Shown here one piece after another: positions 26,907 to 35,789 of a stretch of DNA of 63,438 nt. Source of the stretch: Candidatus Acidiferrales bacterium (GTDB lineage Bacteria > Chloroflexota > Limnocylindria > P2-11E); NCBI GenBank assembly GCA_035631715.1, contig DASQIF010000007.1, positions 1 through 63,438 of the forward strand, in the 5' to 3' direction. The translations under genes and the position numbers were made by a program. The notes beneath the pieces were generated by a model, which searched no databases, was not told the DNA's origin, and saw only the letters and a list, made by a program, of their open reading frames with translations. The first letter of the stretch is position 1; each line of letters begins with the position of its first letter.

Positions 26907-27706
26907 ACGATCTACTGGCGGCAGCGATCCTCGGTCTCGTACAGGGACTCACGGAATTCCTTCCGGTGTCCTCGACCGCGCATCTCATCCTCGTCAGCGG
27001 AGCGCTCGGCCTCGACCCCGCCCGGTTCGGGCTGTCGTTCGATGTCGCGCTGCACCTCGGAACGGCGCTGGCCGTGATCATCTATTTCATCCGCACCTGG
27101 GTCACGCTGGCGGTCGATCTCGTCGTGGGCCGCCGTCACGTGCCACTGCTCGTGATCGTCGGTACGATCCCCGCCGCGATCGCCGGCGTGCTGCTGCAGA
27201 GCGCGGTGGAGACGACGCTTCGCTCGCCGTGGTGGATCGTGCTCGGACTCGTGATCGGGTCGGTCATCTTCGTCGTCGCCGAGCGCGCCTCGCGGCAATC
27301 GCGCGAGGTCGGCCAGCTCAGCTTCGGCGACGCGATCTTCATGGGCATCGCACAGGCGGTCGCGCTTCTGCCCGGCATCAGCCGTTCGGGCATCACGATC
27401 TCGGCGGGGCTCGTGCGCGGACTGCGCCGCGAAGACGCGACGCGCTTCTCGTTCCTGCTCGCCACCCCGGTGATCCTGGGCGCCGGCGCGAAGACCCTGC
27501 TCGACGCTCGCAAGGCGCAGGCGCTCTTCGAGCACCCCGACGTGCTCGCGGTCGGGTTCGTGATCTCCTTCCTCTCCGGGCTCGCTGCGGTCGCGTTCCT
27601 CATCCGCTTCCTGCGCACGCACTCGCTCAACTGGTTCGTCGCGTACCGGCTGGCACTTGCCGCGCTCGTCGCGATCGCGGTGCTGGTCGGCTGGTATCGC
27701 GTCTAG
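26903..27706 (+). CDS. uppP: undecaprenyl-diphosphate phosphatase
   Basis: ORF 26822.. trimmed to the ATG at 26903 (ATGA overlap). It contains GLTEFLPVSSTAHL and LLPGISRSGITI, the BacA motifs. Confidence 0.9.
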   Translation: MNDLLAAAILGLVQGLTEFLPVSSTAHLILVSGALGLDPARFGLSFDVALHLGTALAVIIYFIRTWVTLAVDLVVGRRHVPLLVIVGTIPAAIAGVLLQSAVETTLRSPWWIVLGLVIGSVIFVVAERASRQSREVGQLSFGDAIFMGIAQAVALLPGISRSGITISAGLVRGLRREDATRFSFLLATPVILGAGAKTLLDARKAQALFEHPDVLAVGFVISFLSGLAAVAFLIRFLRTHSLNWFVAYRLALAALVAIAVLVGWYRV

Positions 27707-27717
27707 CATCGAACGCA

Positions 27718-28518
27718 ATGGACCTCGGTCTTCGCGACAAGGTCACGCTCGTGGCCGCGGCATCCAAGGGGCTCGGACGCGCGGTAGCGGAAGAATTCGC
27801 ACGCGAGGGCGCGAAGGTCGCGATGTGCAGCCGCGACGAGGCGGCGATCACGAAGACCGCAGATGACATCCGCAGACGCACCGGCAACGAGACGCTCATG
27901 CCTATCGCCGCTGACCTCTCGACCCAGGACGGCTGCGCGACGTTCATCGGCCGCGCCGTCGGCGCGTACGGCACCGTCGACGTCCTCTACGTGAACGCCG
28001 GCGGCCCGCCGCCCGGGCGCTTCGACGATCTCGACGACGCGGCGTGGACCAAGGCGTTCGAGCTGACGCTCATGTCGGCAGTGCGCCTCACGCGTCTTGC
28101 GCTGCCGCCGATGCGGGAGCGCAAGAGCGGCTCGATCGTGTACTCGACGTCCACGACGCTGCGGCAGCCGATCAACGCGCTCAACCTCATCCTCTCCAAC
28201 GCGCTCCGCTCCTCGGTGCACGGGATGGCCAAGACGCTCTCGGCGGATCTCGCGAAGGACGGCATCCGCGTGAACGCGGTGCAGCCCGGCCGCATCGCGA
28301 CCGACCGACTCGTGCAGATCGATACGGACAACGCGAAGCGTCAGGGCGTGTCGATCGAGGAGATCCGGAGGCGCGTCGAGGCGAGCATCCCGATGGGCCG
28401 TTACGGCAGGCCGGAGGAGTTCGCGGCGGTCGTCGCGTTCGTCGCGTCGCCGAAGGCGTCGTACCTCACCGGCACGACCATTCAGGTCGACGGCGGCATG
28501 CTGCCGAGCATCTTCTGA
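27718..28518 (+). CDS. short-chain dehydrogenase/reductase (atypical)
   Basis: ORF 26548.. trimmed to the ATG at 27718. It has the Rossmann motif VAAASKGLGRA and NAGG. The position of YxxxK appears to read HGMAK (my manual alignment). Confidence 0.8.
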   Translation: MDLGLRDKVTLVAAASKGLGRAVAEEFAREGAKVAMCSRDEAAITKTADDIRRRTGNETLMPIAADLSTQDGCATFIGRAVGAYGTVDVLYVNAGGPPPGRFDDLDDAAWTKAFELTLMSAVRLTRLALPPMRERKSGSIVYSTSTTLRQPINALNLILSNALRSSVHGMAKTLSADLAKDGIRVNAVQPGRIATDRLVQIDTDNAKRQGVSIEEIRRRVEASIPMGRYGRPEEFAAVVAFVASPKASYLTGTTIQVDGGMLPSIF

Positions 28519-29864
28519 TGATCGTCAGCGAGCGGCTCCGTCCGCACGTGTTCCGCCTGCCGATCGAGAAGATCCGCGCGGGCTACAAGTCCGACATCTA
28601 CTTCGCGCGCACCAAGCTCATCCTCGAGGCCGATCACCGCCACGACCGCGTCACCATGCAGATCTTCCAGAAGCATCCCGACGCGGTCGTCGTCGGTACG
28701 GATCAGACGCTCGCGCTCCTGCACGTCGGCGCGGGCCGGTACCGCGACGCGCGAAGCGCCGACGCGCTCTTCGCGCGCTACCTGGTCGCCGAGCGCCGGA
28801 TGTACGACACCTGGCTCTCGTTGCCGCGGATCTCATGGGAGGGATACGAGCCGATCGCGCGCGAGGTCTTCGAGATCTCGCGCGAGCTCGCGTCGCTCTG
28901 GGAGCCCGCGTGGCAGGATCTGCGCGTCGCGTCGCTCGTCGACGGCGAGGTCGCGCAGCCCGGCGAGCCGGTCATGCACATCGAGGGCGAGTACGCCGCG
29001 TTCTCGCACCTCGAGACGCTCTACCTCGGCGCGCTCTCGGAGGGCACGCGTGTCGCGACGAACACGCGGGACGTCGTCGCCGCCGCGCGCGGCAAGCCCG
29101 TGATCATGTTCGGGGCACGCCATCAGGGCCACGAGGCACAGGCCTCATCCGGCTACGCAGCGTACGTAGGCGGCGCGATCGGCGTGTCGACCGACGAGCA
29201 GGGCGAGTGGTGGGGTTCGAAGGGTCTGGGCACCGTCCCTCACGCGCTCATCGCGGTCTACGGCGGCGACACGACCGTGGCGACGCTGAAATTCGACGAA
29301 TACATCAACCGCGCGCCGGAGTCCGTGGGCCACCTCACCGCGAAAGGCACGCCGGAAGGACACGTGAACGTCACGGCGCTCGTCGACTTCCAGAACGACG
29401 TCGTGAATACCTCGCTCGGCGTCGCGCACGCGCTCGGCCAGCGTCTGTGGGGCGTGCGCGTCGATACCTCCGAGGCGCTCGTCGACAAGGCCGTGCTCGA
29501 TCTCCTGCGCGAGCAGGACGGCGTCGCCGGATACGCCGACGTGCGCGGCGTCACGCCGCAGCTCGTGTCGCTGCTGCGCACGGCGCTTGACGACGCGGGA
29601 TACGGCCACGTACGCATCGTCGCGTCGGGCGGGTTCGACGCGAAGAAGATCCGCCGTTTCGAAGAGCTCGGCGTGCCGGTCGATGTGTACGGCGTCGGCT
29701 CGGCGCTCGTGCACGGCGACGGGTTCGACCACACCGCGGACATCGTCCGCGTGAACGGACGCGATCTCGCGAAGGTCGGGCGGCGCTTCATCTCGAGCGA
29801 GCGGCTGCAGACCATCGACTGGCGTTCACTCGTCCCGGAGGCCGGTTGGGCTCGGTCGACCTAG
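28518..29864 (+). CDS. nicotinate phosphoribosyltransferase-family protein
   Basis: ORF 28044.. trimmed to the ATG at 28518 (TGATG overlap). The N-terminus is FRLPIEKIRAGYKSDIYFARTK. It also contains GARHQG..., GTVPHALI, VRVDTS and IVASGGFD, the type II PRTase barrel pattern. Confidence 0.75.
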   Translation: MIVSERLRPHVFRLPIEKIRAGYKSDIYFARTKLILEADHRHDRVTMQIFQKHPDAVVVGTDQTLALLHVGAGRYRDARSADALFARYLVAERRMYDTWLSLPRISWEGYEPIAREVFEISRELASLWEPAWQDLRVASLVDGEVAQPGEPVMHIEGEYAAFSHLETLYLGALSEGTRVATNTRDVVAAARGKPVIMFGARHQGHEAQASSGYAAYVGGAIGVSTDEQGEWWGSKGLGTVPHALIAVYGGDTTVATLKFDEYINRAPESVGHLTAKGTPEGHVNVTALVDFQNDVVNTSLGVAHALGQRLWGVRVDTSEALVDKAVLDLLREQDGVAGYADVRGVTPQLVSLLRTALDDAGYGHVRIVASGGFDAKKIRRFEELGVPVDVYGVGSALVHGDGFDHTADIVRVNGRDLAKVGRRFISSERLQTIDWRSLVPEAGWARST

Positions 29865-30589
29865 CGATCCTGATCCTCGGCCTCGGTGTGGCCGGTGTTG
29901 CGAAAGGGATCTCGGGCATGGGCCTGCCGCTCATCGCGACGCCGATCCTCGCCGGCGTCCTCGGCGCGCGCATGGCGGTGACCGTCGTCACCATTCCGGT
30001 GTTCGCCGCGAACTCGCTCCTCGTCGCGCAGGGCTTCCGCCGCCGTGAGCTGCTGCGCGGCGTCGTGCCGTTCATCGTCGCGTCGCTCATCGGCACCGCG
30101 ATCGGCACGGTCCTCCTCGCGCGGATCGATCAGAAGCTATTCGCTGTGCTCATCACCGCGATGGTCGCCGTCTTCCTGTTCGGCGGAGACCGCCTTCTCG
30201 GCGACGACGCGACCGCGCTGCGCGCCCGCGTCCTCGGGCCGCTGGTGTGCTTCGTCGGCGGCGTGCTGCAGGGCACGACGTCCATCGCGAGTCCGCTCGT
30301 CGGCTCCTATTTCCACACGCAACGCCTGCCACCCGCCGACTTCGTGTTCGTGCTCGCCGCGATCTTCGAGCTCAACAGCATCGTGCAGTTCGTCGGATAT
30401 TCGCTGCAGGGTCTGTATACGGCGGACGCCGTCGCGCTCGGGCTCGTCGCGATCGTGCCGACGCTCGTCGCGCTCGCGCTCGGGATCTATCTGCGCGGCC
30501 GCCTCGACGTGGTGTGGTTCCGCCGTTTCATCGTCGCGCTCGTGATCGTCTCCGTCGTAAATCTCCTCTGGCGCACGTTCGTCGCCTAG
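29846..30589 (+). CDS. TauE/SafE (DUF81) family anion exporter
   Basis: 247-aa polytopic ORF with a TTG start. It has GVAKGISGMGLPLI in the N-terminal half and a similar motif (GVLQGTTSIASPLV) in the second half. Confidence 0.75.
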   Translation: MGSVDLAILILGLGVAGVAKGISGMGLPLIATPILAGVLGARMAVTVVTIPVFAANSLLVAQGFRRRELLRGVVPFIVASLIGTAIGTVLLARIDQKLFAVLITAMVAVFLFGGDRLLGDDATALRARVLGPLVCFVGGVLQGTTSIASPLVGSYFHTQRLPPADFVFVLAAIFELNSIVQFVGYSLQGLYTADAVALGLVAIVPTLVALALGIYLRGRLDVVWFRRFIVALVIVSVVNLLWRTFVA

Positions 30590-30611
30590 ACTCGCCGCGG
30601 AAGGGGAAGCG

Positions 30612-31271
30612 GTGGAGGTAGCGCCCGACATCCACGCCATTCGCGTGATCGGCGCGAACGCGTTCCTCATCGTCGAGGACGAGATCACGCTCGTCGACGC
30701 GGGCCACCGCGGCTCGATCCGCATGCTGCGGAGCTACCTCGCGCACATCGGCCGCGACATGCACGACATCAAACGGATCGTCTGCACACACGGCCATCCC
30801 GATCACATCGGCGGCGTCCACGAGATCGAGGCCGCGAGCGGCGCGCGCGTGCACATGCATCCCGCGGACATGGAGCGACTGCGCATCCGCTTCCGTGACG
30901 TGTTCCGTGGACGGCCCGCGCCCGGCGCGATCATCGCCTACCTCACGCAGCCGCCTTCGGACGCGGCGCCGCTCGTGGAGGGCGACCTCATACCCGCCCT
31001 TGGCGGTCTGCGGGTCATCCACACGCCCGGACACACGCCCGGCAGCATCTGTTTGTATTCGCCGACACGTCGGCTCGTGATCGTCGGGGACATCCTGCAG
31101 CGCCTGCGCGGCAAGGTGACGCTCCCGAACTATGTCTTCACCGACGACATGGCCGAGGCGCGGCGTTCGATCGCGAAGCTCTGCGATCTCGAGATCGAGA
31201 CCATCCTCTTCTCGCACTACCCCGCGCTGCGCGAGGGCGCGCACGACGCGCTCCGGGCGCTGGTGGCGTGA
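30612..31271 (+). CDS. MBL-fold metallo-hydrolase
   Basis: 219-aa ORF with a GTG start after GGAAGGGGAAG. It contains THGHPDHIGG (HxHxDH) and a later HTPGHTPGS. Confidence 0.8.
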   Translation: MEVAPDIHAIRVIGANAFLIVEDEITLVDAGHRGSIRMLRSYLAHIGRDMHDIKRIVCTHGHPDHIGGVHEIEAASGARVHMHPADMERLRIRFRDVFRGRPAPGAIIAYLTQPPSDAAPLVEGDLIPALGGLRVIHTPGHTPGSICLYSPTRRLVIVGDILQRLRGKVTLPNYVFTDDMAEARRSIAKLCDLEIETILFSHYPALREGAHDALRALVA

Positions 31272-33799
31272 TGGACACGCTGAACGACATCCTCGAGGAG
31301 TCCGCGGCGAAGTTCGGCGACAAGACCGCGCTCCTCATCAAGCCCGGCTTCCGGACACGCGAGTGGACGTACCGCGACATCGCCGACCTCGTCCCGCGGG
31401 CGGCGCGCTATCTCGCCGACAGCGGCGTGCGGAAGGGCGACCGCGTCATCACGCTCGGCGTGAACCGGCCCGAGTACGGCATCGCGATCCTCGCCGCGCT
31501 GCGCGCGGGTGCCGTACTCGTGCCGCTGGACGTGAACTCCACGAGCGAGTTCATCGCGAAGATCGCGGAGCGCACGCGCGCGAGCGCGGTGCTCGTCACG
31601 GTGCAGACGAAGGAGCGCGCCTCGGCGCTCGGGCTCCCAGTGCACGAGATGGAGGCGCTCCCCGACCTGGCCCGCGGGAAGACACCGCTCCCGAAGCCCG
31701 ATATCGGGCCCGACGATCTGGCGGAGGTCATGTTCACCTCCGGCACGACCGGCGAGCCCAAGGGGACGATGCTCACCCACCGCAACCTGCTCTCCGCGGC
31801 CATCGCCGCGTCGCAGATCTTTCCCATCGGCCCGGATCAACGCCTGCTGTCGTTCATCCCGTTGTCCCACATCTTCGAGCAGGGACCGGGGTTCCTCACC
31901 GTGCTCGTCTCGGGCGCGTCGGTCGTGTACCCGACGAGCCGTCAGCCCGCGGTCATCCGCCGCACGTTCAAGGAGCGGCGCGTGTCGATGATCCTCATCA
32001 CCCCGGCGGCGGTGCGTTCGCTCTTCATCGCCATCGAGCGCAAAGCGCAGCAGGACGGCCGGGCCGAGCTCTTCGCGAGGCTGCGGCGGATCGCGCGGCG
32101 GCTGCCGATGCCGCTGCGCCGCCTCCTCTTCATCACCGTGCACCGGCAGTTCGGCGGCCGCTTCCGCTACATCGTGTCCGGCGGCGCGGCGCTCGACCCC
32201 GCGATCGGCGAGGCCTGGCGCGAGCTCGGCGTCGACGTGCTTCAGGGCTACGGCCTCTCGGAGACCTCGCCCGCGCTCACCTTCAACCGTCTCGACCGCA
32301 ACCGCTTCGGCTCCGTCGGCGTCCCCGTGCCCGGTGTCGAGATCAAGATCGCCGACGACGGCGAGGTGCTCGCGAAGGGGCCGAACGTGTTCAAGGGGTA
32401 CTGGGAGAACGAAGAGGCGACGCGCGCGGCGCTCGACGGCGAGTGGTTCCACACCGGCGACCTCGGGAAGTTCGACGAGGACGGCTTCCTCTGGCTGCAC
32501 GGCCGGAAGAAGGACATGATCGCGCTGCCCGACGGCCTCAAGGTCTACCCCGAAGACATCGAGAACATCCTCGCGGCCGACCCGCGGATCGAGGAGCTCG
32601 CGACGCCGCAGCGGCCGACGCTCGCGATCGTCGTCGGGCTCGAGCGCCAGGATGAACCACTCCACGTCCACGCGGTCTTCGTCGAGCCGAAGGACCCGCA
32701 GGCCGTCGCGGCGATCGTCCGCGACGCGAACACGAAGCTCTCCGGCGCGCAGCAGATCCGCGGCTGGACGGTCTGGCCCGACGAGCAGTTCCCGACGACG
32801 CCCACACAGAAGGTGAAGAAGCGCGAGGTCATCGAGCGCGTGCTCACCATGGGCAAGGGCGAGCCGCCGCCGCGACCGGTCTCCGCCGCGGCGCGCGAGC
32901 TCACCGAGGTCGAGCGCCTGGTCGCGCAGACCGCGAACGTCCCGGCCGAGCGCGTGTTCCCCGAAGCGCAGCTGTCGGCCGATATCGGACTGGACTCGCT
33001 CGGCCGCGTCGATCTCCTCGGCGTGATCGAGGAGGAGCTCGGCGTGTACATCGACGACGCGGCACTTACGCCGAGCGCGACGGTGGCCGAGCTCGAGCAC
33101 CTCATCGAGGCGGCGCGCGGCGACAAGCCGGACACGGGGATCTTCGGGTGGCCGCTCTCACCGTTCGTGCGGTCGATCGGGATCATCCTGCAGGAGTTCG
33201 TGCTCACCCCGCTGGTCCGCATCTTCTACTCGGTGAAGATCACCGGCACGGAGAAGCTCGACGGCCTCAAGGCGCCGGTCATGTTCGCGCCGAACCACTG
33301 CCTGCACTGGGACAACGGCATCATCCTCACGAGCATCCCAGTCGGGTGGCGATGGCACCTCGCCGTCGCTGCGGCCGCCGACGATGTCTTCGGCAACCGG
33401 CTGAACGGCATCGTCTCGGCGATCCTCGCGAACGCGTTCCCGCTTGCGCGCGAGGGCGCCATCCGCCGCAGCCTCGAGCTCCTGGGCGCGCGACTCGATC
33501 GCAAGTTCTCGGTGCTCATCTATCCCGAGGGCAAGCTCACTCTCGGCGGACCCATGCAGCCGTTCAAGTCGGGCACCGGTCTCATCGCGGTCGAGGGTGG
33601 CACGCCCGTTGTGCCGATGAAGCTGAAGATCGGCAACGTCTCGATCCTCGACCACCTCGACAAGAAGTGGGACAAGGCGCGCGCGAACGGCTGGCGCGGC
33701 AAGGTCGAGGTCGTCTTCGGCGATCCGCTGTACTTCCCGGCGGGCACCCCACCGGCGGAGGCGACGGCGAAGCTCCAGGCCGCGGTCGCCGCGCTCTAG
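31268..33799 (+). CDS. fusion protein: AMP-dependent acyl ligase + phosphopantetheine carrier domain + PlsC-type (lysophospholipid) acyltransferase
   Basis: 843-aa ORF overlapping the MBL stop. Ligase motifs are TSGTTGEPKGTMLTH, QGYGLSETS, HTGDLGKFDEDGFLWLHGRKKDMI and PTQKVKKREV. The carrier motif is DIGLDSLGRVDL (Ser codon 32996-32998). The acyltransferase H(X)4D motif is NHCLHWD (33296-33313), followed by YPEGKLT. Confidence 0.85.
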   Translation: MMDTLNDILEESAAKFGDKTALLIKPGFRTREWTYRDIADLVPRAARYLADSGVRKGDRVITLGVNRPEYGIAILAALRAGAVLVPLDVNSTSEFIAKIAERTRASAVLVTVQTKERASALGLPVHEMEALPDLARGKTPLPKPDIGPDDLAEVMFTSGTTGEPKGTMLTHRNLLSAAIAASQIFPIGPDQRLLSFIPLSHIFEQGPGFLTVLVSGASVVYPTSRQPAVIRRTFKERRVSMILITPAAVRSLFIAIERKAQQDGRAELFARLRRIARRLPMPLRRLLFITVHRQFGGRFRYIVSGGAALDPAIGEAWRELGVDVLQGYGLSETSPALTFNRLDRNRFGSVGVPVPGVEIKIADDGEVLAKGPNVFKGYWENEEATRAALDGEWFHTGDLGKFDEDGFLWLHGRKKDMIALPDGLKVYPEDIENILAADPRIEELATPQRPTLAIVVGLERQDEPLHVHAVFVEPKDPQAVAAIVRDANTKLSGAQQIRGWTVWPDEQFPTTPTQKVKKREVIERVLTMGKGEPPPRPVSAAARELTEVERLVAQTANVPAERVFPEAQLSADIGLDSLGRVDLLGVIEEELGVYIDDAALTPSATVAELEHLIEAARGDKPDTGIFGWPLSPFVRSIGIILQEFVLTPLVRIFYSVKITGTEKLDGLKAPVMFAPNHCLHWDNGIILTSIPVGWRWHLAVAAAADDVFGNRLNGIVSAILANAFPLAREGAIRRSLELLGARLDRKFSVLIYPEGKLTLGGPMQPFKSGTGLIAVEGGTPVVPMKLKIGNVSILDHLDKKWDKARANGWRGKVEVVFGDPLYFPAGTPPAEATAKLQAAVAAL

Positions 33800-34122
33800 G
33801 CCCGGTCGAGCTCCTCGATCCAGCCGAAGAAGCGGCGCGCGTTCTGTCTCGTGTTCTCGGCGGCGAGGATGATGTCGCGCCAGTCGCGCAGTCCATCGAC
33901 GAGATCGGTCCGCAGGCGTCGCTCGTCGCCTTCGGATAGGAACACGAGCGCGAGACCGATGCGCGCCTCTTCGCGCGTCAGCGGATACGTGCGATCGAGC
34001 AACGCGGTCACGCGTTCGCGCGCCTCGGCCGGGAACGTCCGCGCGATGGCCTCCGGAAGCAGCTCCGCGCAGCGTTCGCGCTTCGGCCACCACGCGGGCG
34101 GACGGATCTTCTCGTCGCTCAC
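33796..34122 (-). CDS. hypothetical protein
   Basis: 108-aa ORF with high GC3. Its ATG overlaps the upstream asparaginase-family stop (ATGA). I recognise no family. Confidence 0.5.
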   Translation of the reverse strand: MSDEKIRPPAWWPKRERCAELLPEAIARTFPAEARERVTALLDRTYPLTREEARIGLALVFLSEGDERRLRTDLVDGLRDWRDIILAAENTRQNARRFFGWIEELDRA

Positions 34123-35063
34123 TGCGCCGATTCGAGGCTGTCGCGCACGGCCGCCCGCGAGGTGACCAGGGTGCGGAGCTTCTTGGCCGGCGCCGTCATC
34201 CGCGTGTCCATGAACGCGTACTCACGGCCGGGCCGGTTCGCCGCGGAAGCGGGCGTCCCGTCCGCGCCGAGGACGACGATGTTGAACGGCGCGCCGTCGA
34301 GGCGCAGCGCGTCGGCGATCGCGCGCCGCGCGACGCTCTGCGGACGCATACCGCGCGCGAGCCGCTCGACCGCCGTCCGGGCCGTGACGTTGCGCATCGC
34401 GAGCTCGCCGTATCCGGTGCAGCACGCCCCGCCGGCGGCCGTGTCGCAGTAATTGCCCGCGCCGACGATCGGTGAATCGCCGACGCGACCGGGGTACTTG
34501 TAGCCCCAGCCGCTCGTCGTCACCGCGGATGCGAGGTTGCCTTTCTTGTCGAGCGCGATGAAGTTCACCGTCCCGAGCCGTTTCGCGATGACGCGGCGGG
34601 TGATGGCCAGCAGCTTCTTCGATCGCTTCACGCTCGCGGGCGTCTCGCCGACCGCGGCCAGCGCCTCGACCCACAGCTTGCGGGTCGACGGCGTGAGGTT
34701 CTCGATCTTCTCCGCGCCGATCTCGGCGGCGAAGCGGGCCGCGCCCTCGCCGACGAGCATGACGTGCGGCGTGCGGAGCATGACCTGCCGCGCGATCGAG
34801 ATCGGGTGGTGGAAGCCGACGAGAGCGCCGACCGCACCGGCGCGATGGGTCGTCCCGTCGACGATCGACGCGTCGAGCTCGACGACGCCGAGGATGTTCG
34901 GCAGCCCGCCGCGTCCGACGGTCGTGTCGGTGACGTCCGCTTCGACGAAGCGCGCGCATGCCTCGACGGCGTCGAGCGCGGTGCCGCCGCGCTTCAGGAC
35001 GCGGACGCCGTCGGGCAGCGCCTTCGCGCCGTTGCCGCTCGCGACGATGATCGGCGTCGTCAC
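34119..35063 (-). CDS. Ntn-hydrolase of the asparaginase-2 family (isoaspartyl peptidase / glycosylasparaginase-like)
   Basis: ORF 34119..35246 trimmed to the GTG at 35063 (GTGA overlap). It contains VGRGGLPN, the autoprocessing/nucleophile context LGTVNFIALD, and GDSPIVGAGNY. Confidence 0.8.
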   Translation of the reverse strand: MTTPIIVASGNGAKALPDGVRVLKRGGTALDAVEACARFVEADVTDTTVGRGGLPNILGVVELDASIVDGTTHRAGAVGALVGFHHPISIARQVMLRTPHVMLVGEGAARFAAEIGAEKIENLTPSTRKLWVEALAAVGETPASVKRSKKLLAITRRVIAKRLGTVNFIALDKKGNLASAVTTSGWGYKYPGRVGDSPIVGAGNYCDTAAGGACCTGYGELAMRNVTARTAVERLARGMRPQSVARRAIADALRLDGAPFNIVVLGADGTPASAANRPGREYAFMDTRMTAPAKKLRTLVTSRAAVRDSLESAQ

Positions 35064-35620
35064 CTTCCGGTCATGCTCCGCACCACGCGAAAGCCGTGGC
35101 CTTTGAGGTCGGCGGACCCGGTAAATCGCCGCGCGAGATCGCGGGCGTCGCCGCGCAGGACGCGGGCGCCGTCGGCCCAGGTGTTCGTCCACTCGCGGAC
35201 CGCCCCGAGCCCCTCGAGGACGCCCGCGCGTGCGGCCTTCTCCCATTCCCGCTCGTCGGGCAGCCGGTAGATCCGCGCGGTGGCGATGCTGAGCCAGCGG
35301 CAGTACCCGACGGCGTCGGCCCAGGAAAGGCCGTCTGCGACGCGCTCGCTCGCGCCTTTCGTCCAGCGCGGCGCGGCATGCGCCGTGGCCGCCGCGAATT
35401 CCGCGAACTCAGCGTTCGTGACCTGGTGTTTCGCGATCGCGAACACGTTCACGTGTACGGTGCTCGGCGGATCACCGAGGAGCGCGTCGCCGGCAGGGAC
35501 GACGACGACGTCTGGCTCGGGGGACACTCCACCAAGGTAATGGCGGTGGCGGACGCTCGCCCGAACGAGTGACACGGTTTCACTCTGACGCGCGATGTGA
35601 CGCAGGCGCTCGCGGGGCAA
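35060..35620 (-). CDS. short FGE-sulfatase (SUMF1/formylglycine-generating enzyme-like) domain protein
   Basis: 186-aa ORF. It contains HQVTNAEFAEF, YRLPDEREWEKAARAG, REWT and GFRVV, as in FGE-sulfatase domains. It is only about 150 aa of domain. The first ~30 codons have lower GC3, so the true start may be internal (for example GTG at 35527). Confidence 0.65.
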   Translation of the reverse strand: MPRERLRHIARQSETVSLVRASVRHRHYLGGVSPEPDVVVVPAGDALLGDPPSTVHVNVFAIAKHQVTNAEFAEFAAATAHAAPRWTKGASERVADGLSWADAVGYCRWLSIATARIYRLPDEREWEKAARAGVLEGLGAVREWTNTWADGARVLRGDARDLARRFTGSADLKGHGFRVVRSMTGR

Positions 35621-35630
35621 GATTCATCGC

Positions 35631-35789
35631 GTGTTGGACCTCCGCCCTGTGGTGTGGGACGCGTCGATGGTGACCCCCTCGGAAGACGACGGGGTCACCA
35701 TCGTTCTTCGTGTCACGTACCGGTCGCTCGTGGACATCATCCTCGACGCGCACGCCGTGACGGAAACGGGACCGCGCCGGCCTAACTAG
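35631..35789 (+). CDS. possible small ORF (52 aa), unannotated
   Basis: Below the ORF-track size cutoff. GTG..TAG frame VLDLRPVVWDASMVTPSEDDGVTIVLRVTYRSLVDIILDAHAVTETGPRRPN has 44/52 G/C third positions and G-rich first positions. However, it contains a perfect 13-bp hairpin and starts 10 nt from the annotated FGE start. Confidence 0.25.
   Translation: MLDLRPVVWDASMVTPSEDDGVTIVLRVTYRSLVDIILDAHAVTETGPRRPN
35665..35703. repeat. perfect 13-bp inverted repeat (stem-loop)
   Basis: CGATGGTGACCCC-(13 nt)-GGGGTCACCATCG. It lies between the fadD stop and the FGE-like start. Confidence 0.6.

Noticed and set aside
31217-33100. 627-aa minus-strand ORF antisense to the ligase-ACP-acyltransferase gene
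   Set aside because: It has no recognisable motifs and an Arg/Asp/Glu-rich composition. The + strand frame carries a full set of adenylation, carrier and acyltransferase motifs.
35597-35785. 62-aa + strand track ORF in the fadD/FGE spacer
   Set aside because: Its third-codon positions are A/T-rich, unlike every supported gene here. The neighbouring frame (35631..35789) carries the GC3 signal instead.
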